NCBI GenBank assembly: GCA_965235115.1 | Contig: OZ249437.1 | Coordinates: 49,662,001 to 49,726,000, forward strand | Reading direction: 5' to 3' | DNA length: 64,000 nucleotides | Source: Laetmonice hystrix | Lineage: Eukaryota | Shown: positions 50,951 through 63,639 of the stretch, one piece after another | Layout of the letters: each line of letters opens with the position of its first letter | How positions within the stretch are numbered: position 1 is the first letter of the stretch | Program-made: the position numbers and the translations under genes | The notes under the pieces: generated by a model | The model's database searches: none | What the model saw: the letters and a program-made list of their open reading frames with translations, nothing else | What the model was told of the DNA's origin: nothing

Positions 50951-51779
50951 TTTGTAGGATGGCGGCCTAAGGCCAACTGGTAAGCCTCACTGTTGAATGA
51001 GTGTGCTCTGGGGCTCGTTAGGCAGGCTCCAGGGCCTCCATATATCATGTCTGTCAGGTAAGGGATACCTATCCCTCTTTGTGGCCTGCTTTACCTTGGT
51101 GTACATAATTAATATACCCCCTTCTCTCTGACACGCAATCGTCCGCTCTGTGGGCTTCATTCAATCCATTGCCAACCTACCTCTACATCCTTTACCCTCT
51201 CCTGTTTCACGGAGAATTAAGTGGTCGCTGTTCATTAAAACAGATGATGATGCATTAAGGTACAAGGCTTGCACCTACTCGGAGGATCACATGAAGGGTT
51301 CTTTACACTTTGTGCCCTTATAATTCTTCGGAGTTGATTAGACAAATCCACCAGTGCTACTCACAGATGGGGGTCAAGCGGTACCTTTCCTAAGGGCCTC
51401 TGTATAATGGTGCAAGTCTCAAGAATATAGTTGTCCTACCATCTCTCCATTCCATTGTACAGGTTTTAGTTTTTTCACATCATGCACAAGAAGCTCCCTT
51501 TCTCTCTAAAATATCACAATATAGTTATTGTTTTCACCAACACACTTGCGAGATTTATTTTTCTTGCCAACATTGACAGCATGGTTCCAAAAGATGCTCC
51601 CCCGCCACCTGGTGCAATACATTATAAAAGCTCTTGTTTCCCCTGACAACAAGATTGTCCTTTTAACGAAGTCAGACATTTATTACGGCTGACTATCCCC
51701 TCTTTAGTGAACACAGCTCAGGTTTCAATCCTAGTTTACAAGCGAGTTTTGGCATCAAGCCTCACGTCCCAAACTCGAG

Positions 51780-52170
51780 CACATCGTCATCAAATCCTCA
51801 TTATATACTTCACTTTTACCGTCGGCGCGCGGGACATGGCCGCAATCTGTGTCTAGTGCTCTCCGAAACCCGACATTGTCAAACAGAGAAACAAGCCAAG
51901 CATTAGCTTGGCAAATACTTCTTTCTGCATGTAATCGCATGGTTCAATCACATGGCAGCAATGTATCCACGGCGGGGCGACAGAGCGGGCGGGATATGGC
52001 TTGGTCATACACTGCCCGGTATTATGGGGCCCAGCGGTCCGTCAGCCTCCCTGTAGGTATTGTGGTCAGCCGGCTCAATGGCCGCAGACGGGCCGGCACC
52101 ATCACGGCCCACCACACAACGGCTTATTCACCTCACCGCTCAAAGCCGAATCAACCTAAGTTGCAACTTC
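51780..52170 (+). mobile_element. Gypsy integrase core remnant
   Basis: ORF 51849..52175: ETSQALAWQILL...MVQSHGSNVST (~AxxVAxxL...IxSDxGxxF) and HHTTAYSPH (~TTAYHPQ). Confidence 0.5.
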
Positions 52171-52299
52171 TATAGAATGATTCTATAGAAAGTATTTAGC
52201 CCCAACAAATGCACTTAGCCACAGGACAACTCAATCACTTGCCCACATCTGGCAGTCAGCTTTTGAATCCAGCGGCATCGAGTTACCATTTCTACTTCT

Positions 52300-52520
52300 C
52301 ATTATGTTCCAATGTAACAAAATTTGCGATTCTGACATAAAATGCTACATTGCAGGAAGCAAGGAAATTGGACGATCTTGTCAAAGGTAGTGTAAATATT
52401 AATGCACTGAAGCAAATTTTAAAATTCTGTGCTTGCACGGAGTACATGTTATGCGGATAAAAATTCAGTAGTGCCGTATTTTCTAAATGCTGTCCCCAGA
52501 CGTACATTCACGTACAAAAT
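52300..52520 (+). mobile_element. Possible CR1 RT remnant
   Basis: SNVTKFAILT (~SxxxxFADDT), LDDLVKGSVNINAL (~LxxLxxWxxxWxLxFN). Confidence 0.3.
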
Positions 52521-53804
52521 GTATAGTCATTTACTGCAATAAACTATTATAAAGAAGAGACCCAGAGACACTGCATTTCAAATTAATGGGCCTCCTATCC
52601 TAGTCTCCCAAATCCTGGTCGTTCCTAATATGGGCTAAGACCCATCCCACACACCCCTGTATCCTGTGGTGACCTTAATTACCAAATGAAGCCCTGGCAG
52701 TGATGCTGTTCACCGCCGTATAATCCAGACCAGGTCGAGCGAGGAATCACTAACACAATCACTACTACTACCTCGAACGGATCCCGGAGGTTGGAGGAAA
52801 TGTTGGCAGCCAACCACCAACTCCCAACCTGCCCTCCCTTACCCTGTCCACTTATCTGTCCCTGGCAGGCCTCCCAACATGTGAAATATGAGCCCGTGTC
52901 AATCATGCTCTCATGCTAATGATGACACCTCAGGTATTAGGGTCTCTATGAGTCAGCCATCGCCTCAACACAATGGCACAATCTGATTAGCTGAACTCAG
53001 ACCGACTCGCAAAACATGTCGTTACAAATTCACTCCCCCGACCCGTGCAGAATTCGGAAATTTCTTTCGAATCTTCTCCCCTCTATTTAGGCCAGGACCT
53101 GATTTTTTCAGGACTTCAGACAAAATACAGAAGTGTGATTCAAATCACCGTCATTCTCGGGAAACAAGTCTAGGAGTTGTAGGTTTTCTGGCCTTTTTCA
53201 TTCATTCATTTAAAATCGTGGACAAAATGCGGACTTAATCTGGAAAATTCCATAATTCGACCTATAGAAAGAATGACCTCTAGTGCTGTTTCATGTAATC
53301 TAAATATCCCGGTTAGCTCTAGATATTCAGACAGTCGGATATAAACAAAAAGACTTAAATCGAACACACCTGACCTATAGGTGTGCCGTCAATATTAACC
53401 TCTCACCTTTAATACTAACAAAGATCATTTATTTTATTCTAATCACGGTCAACAAACAAGTTAGGATCCCAAGGCCAAGCCTCCGGGATAAATGATCACT
53501 CCTAGCTTGTTGCAATCCCCTTTCATCTATCCGAAACAATCCCATTTGGCTGCCAAGGTCCTAATGCATGGCACAAGGCTGGTGGGAGGGAGGGGGCCCG
53601 GGGTTGACGGCCGTTGGCGCGCTTGTTGATGGACGCTGGCCCAACGTTCTCTCACAGACGACAGTGACGTGACACGGGACTGCTCAGTCCGGCGGTTGGC
53701 CAAATTCTGACGCGGTCAGTTTGAACCACGTCATCGACTACTGCTGGTTGTCGTCTGCTGGCCAGTGTAATAAAGGACATCACCCGCCTACACAAGTTAA
53801 CTTT

Positions 53805-54081
53805 CATATCACCCACCAAACGAGTGTATAAATTTGTAATCAAACAACTCGGCAAAATACTAACATTACACTCCATATCACCCACCAAACGAGTGTATTT
53901 ATAATCAAACAACTCGACAAAATACTATACATTACACTCCATATCACCCACCAAACGAGTGTATTTATAATCAAACAACTCCGCAAAATACTAACATTAC
54001 ACTCCATATCACCCACCAAACGAGTGTACATGTGTATTTATAAATTATAATCAAACAACTCTGCAAAATACTAACATTACA
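53805..54081. repeat. Minisatellite, 65-77-bp unit x 4
   Basis: CATATCACCCACCAAACGAGTGTA...TAATCAAACAACTC..CAAAATACTAACATTAC; unit starts at 53805, 53874, 53940 and 54005. Confidence 0.95.
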
Positions 54082-54199
54082 GATATTCATTCACTGTTTT
54101 GTGTTCTTGCCCGCTTTCTCTATTCCTATAATAACATCATACATGCATATTATTTTGTTTATTTGTTACTTATTTATTTTGCGGTCCAGCAGCTACACC

Positions 54200-55250
54200 C
54201 TCTTGCTAGCCTCAAGTAATGGACGTCTTCCAGATCACAAACGGATGTTGGCGAAGTTTGTGAGAACATCACAAGAAAAAACACATGTCTGACTATTACA
54301 AAAAGTTACTTTCCCAATCCCAAGTCCAATAGGCCTCAGGCTATTTATGATACTGGTGTAATAAATCTCTTTTTTAATCTACATTTGTATCATACACAAA
54401 TGCACTTGATGTTCCTATACATCAAGCTTCTCCATCCCTCAAATACGTCCTGAAATAATTGCAATACAATTGTACATTGAGCCATTTACAAGGGAACATT
54501 CTCCTTAAATGTAGGCTTGCAAAGAGTATGTCAGAATGGCTGTAAGGCTAATGATAGCTCTTTCGTGGGACATGGGAGTTATTTGGCAGCGCGTCAATAG
54601 CGCGACAACCGTTTATATCAAAAGCCAGAGACTAAAACCAACTTTGGCAATGTTGTTTGTGCGCTAAATTGAAGGTTTTTCCGCCTGGTTGGGTCGCTAA
54701 ATCACAAGGGTTCTCCAATATCAGTGTTCTCACTGAACTTATAATTTTGGGTTAGGACATGTACTTACATCAAACAGGAGCTATGACTTTGACTGCATTG
54801 TCGGACTGTACCCACAGAGGGTATATCTTAACAAAAGAGAACTATCCACTCTATGTTCAGTAGACAGGAGTAAAAGAACTGACCATCAATCTAAACATTA
54901 CAAGTTGTATGTACAACCCTATGACCTTGCCATCAACAGGCTACCAACAATGAATCTGTCAACATGATCCGAACTGACGGGTTTAACTTTGCTGGTGAGC
55001 GTACCCTGATTACCAGTTTGAGGTCTGACCCTGATTTCCCTGACCCTTACGACCCCTGTTTACAGGCGAGCGTTCCCCAGCCTGCCACCAGTGGTGACCA
55101 CCAAGGTGTCGTCTATTCCACCTCTCCCTGCCCAGCCATGACTGTTTGAGATGCACTTCACACCACGGCCGACGCACTGGGCGTTTATCTGGCTAGCCCG
55201 GCCGACGGTGGCGGCCCACCTGACCGACTGCCAACCACCTCACGCCGGGA
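54200..55250 (+). mobile_element. Decayed LINE RT
   Basis: PFTRE (~PFTxEE), SPISVL (~RPISLL), VDRSKRTDH (~VDFSKAFD), SVPQP (~GVPQG), TADAL (~YADDxxL), in order. Confidence 0.5.
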
Positions 55251-55399
55251 CCTGTCGACAACTGGGCCCGCTGGGCAAGCTAACTTCAACAAACTGCCAG
55301 CACTCGTGGCAGCCCTGGCTATCATAACGTGATGTATGATGACATGTGTGACGGAATGTTAGATCACTTCAATTGTCCTACGCCACTGATATCTGTCCA

Positions 55400-55750
55400 C
55401 ATGCAAGCATGCCTCATGTTCGTTTCTGTATGCAATGGAAACTCCAGCAGGCTGCAGTGCTCGCAGCGAACTCATTGTTTGAAGTTGGCATACATGACAA
55501 TTTCATGTGATTTTATTTGTCACACAGTCACACAACATTCAGGGACATATATATTAAAGTACTTCAAATGTTTAATAGTATATGTTAGTTTTGCAAGATT
55601 AAAAGAGCATTTCTGTAGCCTACATAAAAACAACAAAAGTGTACCCAAAAATGTCATCTTTGATTACTTGACGGAATACGATGTGTGCCTGAGCGCAGTT
55701 GGCCGTTTCCCAGTAAAAACAAGCCAGTTTTCAACTGACAATTTGTTTGC
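55400..55750 (+). mobile_element. Penelope-like Cys-rich linker plus GIY-YIG endonuclease remnant
   Basis: ORF 55329..55754: CNGNSSRLQC...C...TYILKYFKCLIVYVSFARLKEHFCSLHKNNKSVP (~CxxxRCxxC...C..NVIYxIxCxxC..YVG...RxxEHxxxI....PV). Confidence 0.45.
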
Positions 55751-57119
55751 ATGACCTGCGAGTAACTACACCTCACATGGACAATAAATAACCGTCATGG
55801 CATTGTCCTCCTTCCAAACCTCAGTCCTACAATCAGGCCCCTTTTATTTTTATGACGACATAAATATGAGAACATAACTGTATGAAACAAGTGGAGAGTA
55901 AATGGATCATCCATAGTTAATTCCGGTGGCTCTTGCATACAATGCCGAAGGTTTTACAAATGGCCCCCTAATTGTATGCATAAGGACAATAGCTAGATTT
56001 CCAAGTTAAGTGTATCATGGCAAATACACACTACTAGTATACGAAGCCGTTATGAAGACTATTATGGGAATTTAACTGGCAATCCCCAGACGAAAACTGC
56101 CAACTAAGTTAAGTATCCCACACAAGCCAAGCGTTGACGGCCTAAGTGTATTGCGTAAAGCCTAAAATTACCTCCTTATAATTTAGCTTTATAATATGCC
56201 TTAGCTATAATTAAGCAAAGGCATTGACTCCTAGTATTATTGGGGGCATTTTCCTTGCTCGCCTGAAAATTGTCAAGGGCAAATTACCATTTAGTTTGCC
56301 TTGTATTGTAGCTATTATTTCGTGTTTATTATAATGTTTTTAATAGAAATGTGGATATACAGAGTGACTAGTGTGCACCAGGGAATGAACCCAGTTGATG
56401 TCCAAAATCAAAAGACCAAGTTAACACCCACCTTTATGATGGGTAATAACAAAGGCGCTGCTCTACCTGAATAACAATCATGGTATTAGCCTTATCTTTT
56501 ATCATAAACTGATTAAATTTCTGACTGAGGACAATGGCAAACCATTACCATTACTGGTCATCTGAGCTGAGGCGAGCCTCTGCAGGTTGATACAGTGAAC
56601 CTCTAGAGTGGCAGTCCTTATCTAAGTGTAGTCACTAAGGACCCACTCTATCCTCCCCCCGTCAGTGACCCCAGTCCACTCCAAGTCCACACCTGCGTCC
56701 TCCAGAGGACCTCAAGGACTCCGCTCGATACCACAGGTTGATACTGGTCTATGTCCACCCACACAACAGGTATTTGTGTACTGAATGATCTCCGCGAACA
56801 ATACACAACCAAAGGTAATGTCTCTACAGTTTCATACGTTACGAAATAAACATTATGTCCCTTCTTGTTTCACAAAACAAATGTTTAAAAACTTACTCTA
56901 ACTTATACTTGCTTATGCTTGTCTTTGCTTTGTTTCTTGGTTATATCACTACTTTTCTTACTGCACCATCCGCTTATTGTCTCCATACGGGCCTGAAAGA
57001 GCGATACTTTGAGCCAGGATCTTGATTACATAAACCACATAATTGTAGTTGGTGAATACAAGAATCCTTCGCTAACATCTTCGCGTCAATCCCTCAACTT
57101 TTTCACATGACATGATCTT

Positions 57120-57750
57120 GGCAACAACCCTCAAGTTTGGCAGTTTGCTGGGCCTGTATTTTACACAGAGCTGGCCTGGTTACAAGTCTAAGTGTGATCT
57201 CTTATATACGTGACAAACGCACCCAGGCAGATCCTACCAGGACGGTGTAGACTCGAGGAGTGGTGTATTTAATATGTCTGTGTCGGATTCTGCGGTCTGA
57301 TAACGATAAGGTCTGACCCCTTGTCGAGGTGTTTGTTTGCTGTGGCTTGGTTTGGTCCGGGGTGACTTATGACTGGTGTAACTGTCACCGGTTGTTTGGA
57401 GGCGTCTCCTGTAGACAGGTGGGTGCTACAGCTGTCGGCGGTAAACCATCCCGGAGTGAGGACTACTGACAGAGGCCCAGGTGTCTCAAGATCGCCACAC
57501 GGTACGGACCTTGCCCGGCCTGGACCAGCTGCTGATCCGGGTCCGGGCGGGCGGGCGGGGCGGCAGGCGGTCCATCAGTCACGGCCTATCTCTCACGATC
57601 TGTGTGATCTCTCATGGGGCAGTTACACCCAAGGTTCACAAGAGCCACCCTCCCCAACTGACCCGATCCTCACCCTGTAAGCCCTATACATACCACGGCA
57701 AGACTTCATATTTCACCCTTTACATGAGGCCCCACTGGTAGGGTCATCAA
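57120..57750 (+). mobile_element. LINE APE endonuclease remnant
   Basis: TELAW (~TETWL), RGVVYLI (~GGGVxxYI), SAVNHPG (~VYRPP), VTPKVH (~VxxPTH). Confidence 0.4.
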
Positions 57751-57799
57751 CTACAAGCACGGTCAGCCAGTGGTCAGTGATCACCTTGGAATAGTCAGC

Positions 57800-60700
57800 A
57801 ATGTCTGGCAGGGATCCATCATCATATCATGGAGAGCCTACTGCCTACGGTATGCGGCCCCATCATGTATCCCTCCATCTGGTTGGATCCCAGTCACCCT
57901 GTAACAACCTTTTACAGCTTATCATCCCATGGTCACGAAGTACGGAATTCCTTAGCTACAAACTTCTAAGATCTAAATACGTCTCCCAAATCATTATAAC
58001 CTATTTAGATTATGAATCCAAATAAGCAAATCCAGGGTTTCCTGTAGACCCGTTTTTCTTGGGGAAGACTAAAAAATCTAGTCCCCCGCCCTCCTAAAAA
58101 GTCCATTTATGATCCTTCGGTAGAGGAAATGACACATCGAGTCTAACTAGGAGCTTTGGATAATTTCCCCAAACGTTTTAGAGTCTGCGAATTTGCGAAA
58201 CCTGTTTTACCTAAGTATCGATATTCTATCAACACTGCAATTTCCCGTCACCAGTACGGACTGATACCTGGTTAGGCCAGCAATCTGTGTAAAATCCACA
58301 GAGAAAGACTTGTGAACTGGCCCGACCCGCCACAGTTGGGCGTGCCGTGTCCATGTATCCGAGTGACTGTTGGTGATCCCTCGAGTCCCGGCTCGCCGTT
58401 GTCGTTTGCACCTTTTAAATCAGGACTGCCATAAAATATTCATTGGCCTCCATCGGAGGCTCCTGCTCCAAATCTATCAACATGGAGGTACTGGCGTGAC
58501 CCTGCTGGAAGTAGGGCGCCAACGATATGATAATCAGGACTGTAGAGGGGTGGAGAGGGGCACACCGGGCCTTCAGTCCATTCAACAAGAGACCCCGACC
58601 GCTGTCAATGCGTTCTCCACCAAACGGAAAGAAACCAACACGTTTGTCCACACTCTACTTAGCAAATACAAATCTGACAACTGGTGAAAAGGTAAAGAAG
58701 TCATCAACGTCAGATACTCCGAGGGATTTATTATGTACACAATCCAATGCCTAGCACCCGATTTGACATAAAATATTTATTGGTACTTTCTGAACGAATC
58801 CTACTCTACTCGTTTTAGATACAGATACCGATCAGGGCATCTCAGTACATTGGTGACAGGCCAACAAATGGTCGAATGATGGAACCAGTCGAGCTATACA
58901 TATCCTTGTTCTCCTCAGGTGGACAGGAGTAAAGTTCACCTGAGCCAACTGGTGTATGCTAACAGAACAGAGGCTGGAATTGTTAGGCTTGCACTCAGTG
59001 AATAAACGAGTGTAAGCCCCAGGCTTCTAACCTGCCCCGCCTTTCATCCTGGGCCCATATCACTGTGACAACCCCGGACACGACCGTGGGTGCAAACATC
59101 AACCACAGGCCCAAGCCCCATGAATGCTCTATTACTTTTTGCGGCCACTGCTGAGACACTAAATCCTGTGTAAATTGCGTAGCCCAATCCTTTGGTGACC
59201 GATACTTTGATCGTTTCCGTCACAACACTTGCCAGCCAGGATGCCACCAGTGACAGCCAGAAAGGACTTCACATGCAGTTTGAATTACACCTTCCGTCAG
59301 TTAAAAATGAACACTCAAAAAGGGAAATAAAAACAGTAATAAAAATGTCAATGGAAACTGGAGTTATTCTTGGCCTACGGTAATTAAACGGATCTGCCGT
59401 AGCCATGGGCATTGCGGAAGCAAATTACCTATCATGATGAAAGTTTTCAAAACTAACTCCAAACAGAGATAGTTCCAACTCGTGCAAGTCAAAGCAGAAT
59501 TTAATATCTCTGCCACCAAATGGCCCAAAAAAATGCACATGTGTACACTACAGAAATGACGTTGAACACACTCGAGTTGTCATTAAGATAAACCTGTTAA
59601 TTCAATATTTGGAACTGATATCTTCTTCTCCACACCGAACTCATTACTGCAATGAACGCCGTGCTTTTTCAACTGTGGTGAAAGGAATAGATAAATAACA
59701 ACAAAGATCCAACTCAAATAACAAATTTCTTCACGAGCCGACCAACCACACAAAGAAATCTCAAGAATCAATTATGAAAAGCTTGATCAGATCACCTGGC
59801 TAATTTCCCACAAACAATCTTAACCTTTAACATTCGTGTTATAATTGGTCTGATCACAGGTTGGTTTTATGTTTGCTTGTCCTGAACAAGAAACGGACTA
59901 TTAACAGTATGGACACAATTAGAATTGTTACTCTAACGCTTTAATCATCAGAATCACAATTTTCCTTTTTCCCCCTTAATTGAACTTCGCCCATGCTAAA
60001 TATGAAACGTAATAAGCAATTAGAAGAGCACAAGGAAAAGGAATTAACCCATTTCCCATTTATCATTCTCGTCACCATCACAATACAACTTCACATCCTT
60101 CAATTGACGGAACGTTTTGCAAATCCTTCTCACTCCCACCGGACAAACGTTTTTTGTTACGGTTTCTTTCCTGATGAAGTACCTATATACAAAATGCTGC
60201 ATTCTTGTCAGGTACCAGATGTAAGAGACTGTTGGTTGGTGTGGGGGCGGTGTGAGACATTCCTCGACTTTCAGTCATAGAGCTCCAGGCAACTCAAAAT
60301 GAATGCGATTGATCCAACGGTTGGGATGTTTCGTAGCGCGCGCCTTACCACAAGCTTACCCAATCTCTCACTCTCTGTGCAATCAGCTAACAACCCACCC
60401 GAGTTCTCTGACAGCAATGGGGCAATATGTCACCATTTACGAACACTTTCTGTCCCACTGTGCTACTTTCCGTGCCACTAGTATCAGTTCTTAAACAAAT
60501 GAGTTCTGGTTGGATCAATTTCTATACATAACGCATGTCAATACTCATAAATAACCGGGATTCCATCACAGCAATCTGTTCACTCCAGAGGACCCTCCGA
60601 TATTCTTCCAAATTATTCGCTTTTTTTCATATCTCAATCAGTCTAAAGCAAGTCTTGTGTTACCCGGCGCGATATTTACTTCGATCGGAGCTTACACTTG

Positions 60701-61700
60701 GACAGAACCCGAGAATTGGCACGGTAGGAACGTGTGCACGACCTGGCAAGGTATGAACGTGCGTCGGGTGGTAAACATTTACACAGCGCACGTGTCCCCT
60801 ACCACGGTCTACTGTACCCTTGGGACATGTAGAGCAATATGTCCCCCGGTAATCGTGACTGTCCCGTCCCCACTGGCGGTCTCTCTCTCTCTCACTCACA
60901 TCCTATTTTCAACTGGTGGCGACCGACCGTTTTTTTCACGACGGTACTCACATAATATACATGAAGCTTGTGAATTTATCTGTTTCCCTCTCCTGAAAAG
61001 CATTTCTGCTGCCGTATTTCAGACCGCATTAATAAGATCTGGCATTTTCGGGTCTTACTCAATTCTTGAAAATAAGACATTCCGACCTGCCACAGCCTCA
61101 AAACCAGTGCATCTACCCTTCGTATCTTCATAGGTCCATTCATTATCTACACAGTTTGTTTTTCATCCCAGCTCTTACGAACGAGTGAAGACTTGTGTCC
61201 AAGAATAAGTGCTGCTTCTCCGCCCGCCCACATAATGAAACCAATTAGCACACAAGGACATGACGACCCACATGTAAGATCTCATTACCTGACCCGGCGA
61301 TTATAGCAAGCTCTGCCTGTTTCACAGCACCTAGCCAGTCACTACAGCTCCGACCCTGGTTAGTTCCTTGAGCATGAAGAAGAGGGCACTCTTTCTTGAG
61401 GCACTCCTCAATGAAATATTCGGCAAACATGAAAACTTTTCCTCTTGGGGCCTGATATTTGACATGGCGAGTCGAAAATGGACTTCACTGAACGAACATG
61501 AATGATAAACAAACAAAACTACATGCATTTAAATAGGTTGAAGATTTGCCAGCCAATCAGTTAATCAAGCAAGACTCTGGTTTTCATAAACACCAACAGA
61601 TCTTTTTTCGGGAGGCAGGATAAAAGCAAATTCTGAATAATTTTCTTTGAAGACAAATAAGAAGAAATCTTTAATCCAAATGGCATAAGGACCTTTTGAA
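57800..61700 (-). mobile_element. Near-full-length decayed Tx1/L1-like LINE (ORF1 C-terminus, APE, RT)
   Basis: In order on the minus strand: RKSALFFMLKELTRVGAVV (~ORF1 RKxLxPxxKxxRxxGxxA), NSGGL (~NVRGL), LQETH-like, SRGM (~SRGVA), PFLV (~RIDxFL), LWEISQVI (~WKFNxSLL), GELY (~EFY), IIRPFVGL (~RPISLL), VGFFPFG...IISLAPYFQQG (~QxGF..G...LDxxKAFD), VTRIHGHGTP (~RGVRQGCP), TGDG (~YADD), LKRLGKLS (~LxxFxxxSGL). Confidence 0.55.
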
Positions 61701-63140
61701 TGCCTTTCTGGGCCCCCTTAAGTGTCAGCCTCTCAGTGCAGCGTCTGTTCCTTTCTCATGGTTTCTCAGTTTTTGTGGAACAAATCGGCAGCCACATTGG
61801 GTTCAGTCGTACACAAATGTACTTCGGATGTGCGTATTTGCCGTGACAAGAGCTCCATTAAAGTCCGCCTGCCTCCTCAAGACTGGCGTGTAGAAAACCA
61901 TGCTGTTACAGGGACAATGGAAAATGCATCACCTGCTGGCAACCCAAACAATGCTCCCAGTGTCTCTTTGTCATGACGACACGAGGTTGTGTTTTCTGAG
62001 ACTGCTCGCAGATACCTGGGCCTTACTCCGGTAAACACCACCTCTGGAGGTGTCACGTCCGCATGGATCCGAACAACAGCTCCTTCACACACTCGCTGTC
62101 CACATTTTTTTTACAGCAAACACAAATTTAACAACTCCGCTAGCCCAGCACCGTTTCCTTCCAGTCAATTTAGGAAGTAACTATCTCTTGTCTCCCCTCT
62201 CAATTCAGTGTCATCCATTTATCAATCTTCTACACGTATAACACTGTTTATAAAACTGCACTTTTTATTAAAACATGTCGTGTCAGCAACATGCTCAGAC
62301 AAACTTCACCCACCCAGAACTCACTCCCCAGGATCCTCTTCATTATGTACATTCCCCACTTCGATTCTGACAAATCTTTGCTTTCTCCAATTGTCACACC
62401 TTTAACAGCACATACAGGCAGGCTGCTCCTTCCCTCAGCTTCCCACCACTAGATTCATTCTCATTCCAAGCGCTGAGAATTCAAGCTCCGATTTCTTTTT
62501 CTCCTGCTGATGGCCTTGGTGACCATACAACTGATGAGGTTGTGGAGGGTCAGCCAACGGCTCCTTATAAGCCACGCCCCATTGCTAGGAGACTGTGGGC
62601 CAGCGTTGGCAGCTCCCACATGGAGGTCGTTGGAGACCTCAGCCCAACCAACCTCCTAATGAGTCCAGTCAGGCCTCCTGTGGGGTCGGGCAAAGGGCGG
62701 CGGGCAATGAGAGTGGCGGCCAGAATAGAGGAAGCCACCCAACCTGCCACCATTCCATAATACACTACATGTCACGGCCTTAAACCTGCCACTCCCCGAC
62801 CGCTCCCGACTCATCATGAATATATGCAACTTTCTCACTCTGAAAACAGTCGCGCTCCTTTGATTCAATTTCCATGAATGAGATACCTCAAAGACTTGCG
62901 GAAACGCTGGGTGTAATAAATCACACTGAGTAGAAGCCACCCGCATTATTACGCCCGCTGAATGTAATCGACCTTCATGGGACATTCACTGAGGTTAGAG
63001 GGCCCTGGAACATTCACTGTGGCTGGCCGCGGAAAATGGCAAGTCGTGATATATCTCTGCTAACCTCATAGCTACATGTCAGAGTTGGGTTGTTTTGGGG
63101 TTTTGGTCAGTATTTTATGTCATTCAGTGATCGAGCCTAA

Positions 63141-63364
63141 AGGCTGGATTCCACTAAGCCGATTTACATCCGATCGGTCATCCGATTGACGATCAAATGT
63201 ATAGATCTGATATTTGCGGCCGACGAAAAATATATATCTAATCTTTACAAATTAAATGTCGTTTAATGATTTGATGACACAAATTACCAATAATATCAGA
63301 AGTTAAGAAAATCGGATGGCCGATGATGCGATCGGATGTAAATCGGCTTAGTGGAACACGGGCT
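63141..63364. mobile_element. MITE / non-autonomous DNA transposon, 224 bp (PIF/Harbinger-like ends)
   Basis: Left end AGGCTGGATTCCACTAAGCCGATTTACATCCGATCGGTCATCCGATT; the reverse complement of the right end is AGCCCGTGTTCCACTAAGCCGATTTACATCCGATCGCATCATCGGCCATCCGATT (26-bp perfect core TTCCACTAAGCCGATTTACATCCGAT). Flanked by TAA (63138-40) and TTA (63365-67), with an AT-rich non-coding interior. Confidence 0.85.
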
Positions 63365-63639
63365 TTATACCAAACCTTTGAGTCTGAATACATTTATCTC
63401 CGCTATACAGGTATAATAAACGTGCCCTTCGTGATGGAGACCGTGTCAGTTAGTAAGAATTATGTGCCCCGATTATAGGGTATGATACTCACTCAAGGTC
63501 AATGATGGGTATTTGAGTTGACGTTAGTAAGTGAGGGGGTTGAAGTCAATGCATGCCTGACTGACTGACTGACCGACTGACCGCGACAGACACTGGACCC
63601 GAGTGGTCGTTCGGGTCACCGACATGTACATGCGCTTGA

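Noticed and set aside
58370-58687. Plus-strand ORF (MVIPRVPARR...) as a Gypsy integrase zinc-binding region
   Set aside because: The minus strand gives a longer ordered series of Tx1/L1 RT motifs over the same bases.
37950-60450. Strong deletion-biased compaction of TE fossils
   Set aside because: The spans of the Gypsy RT-RH-INT (~2.5-2.8 kb) and the Tx1 APE-RT (~2.7 kb) are close to canonical lengths, so there is no clear compaction.
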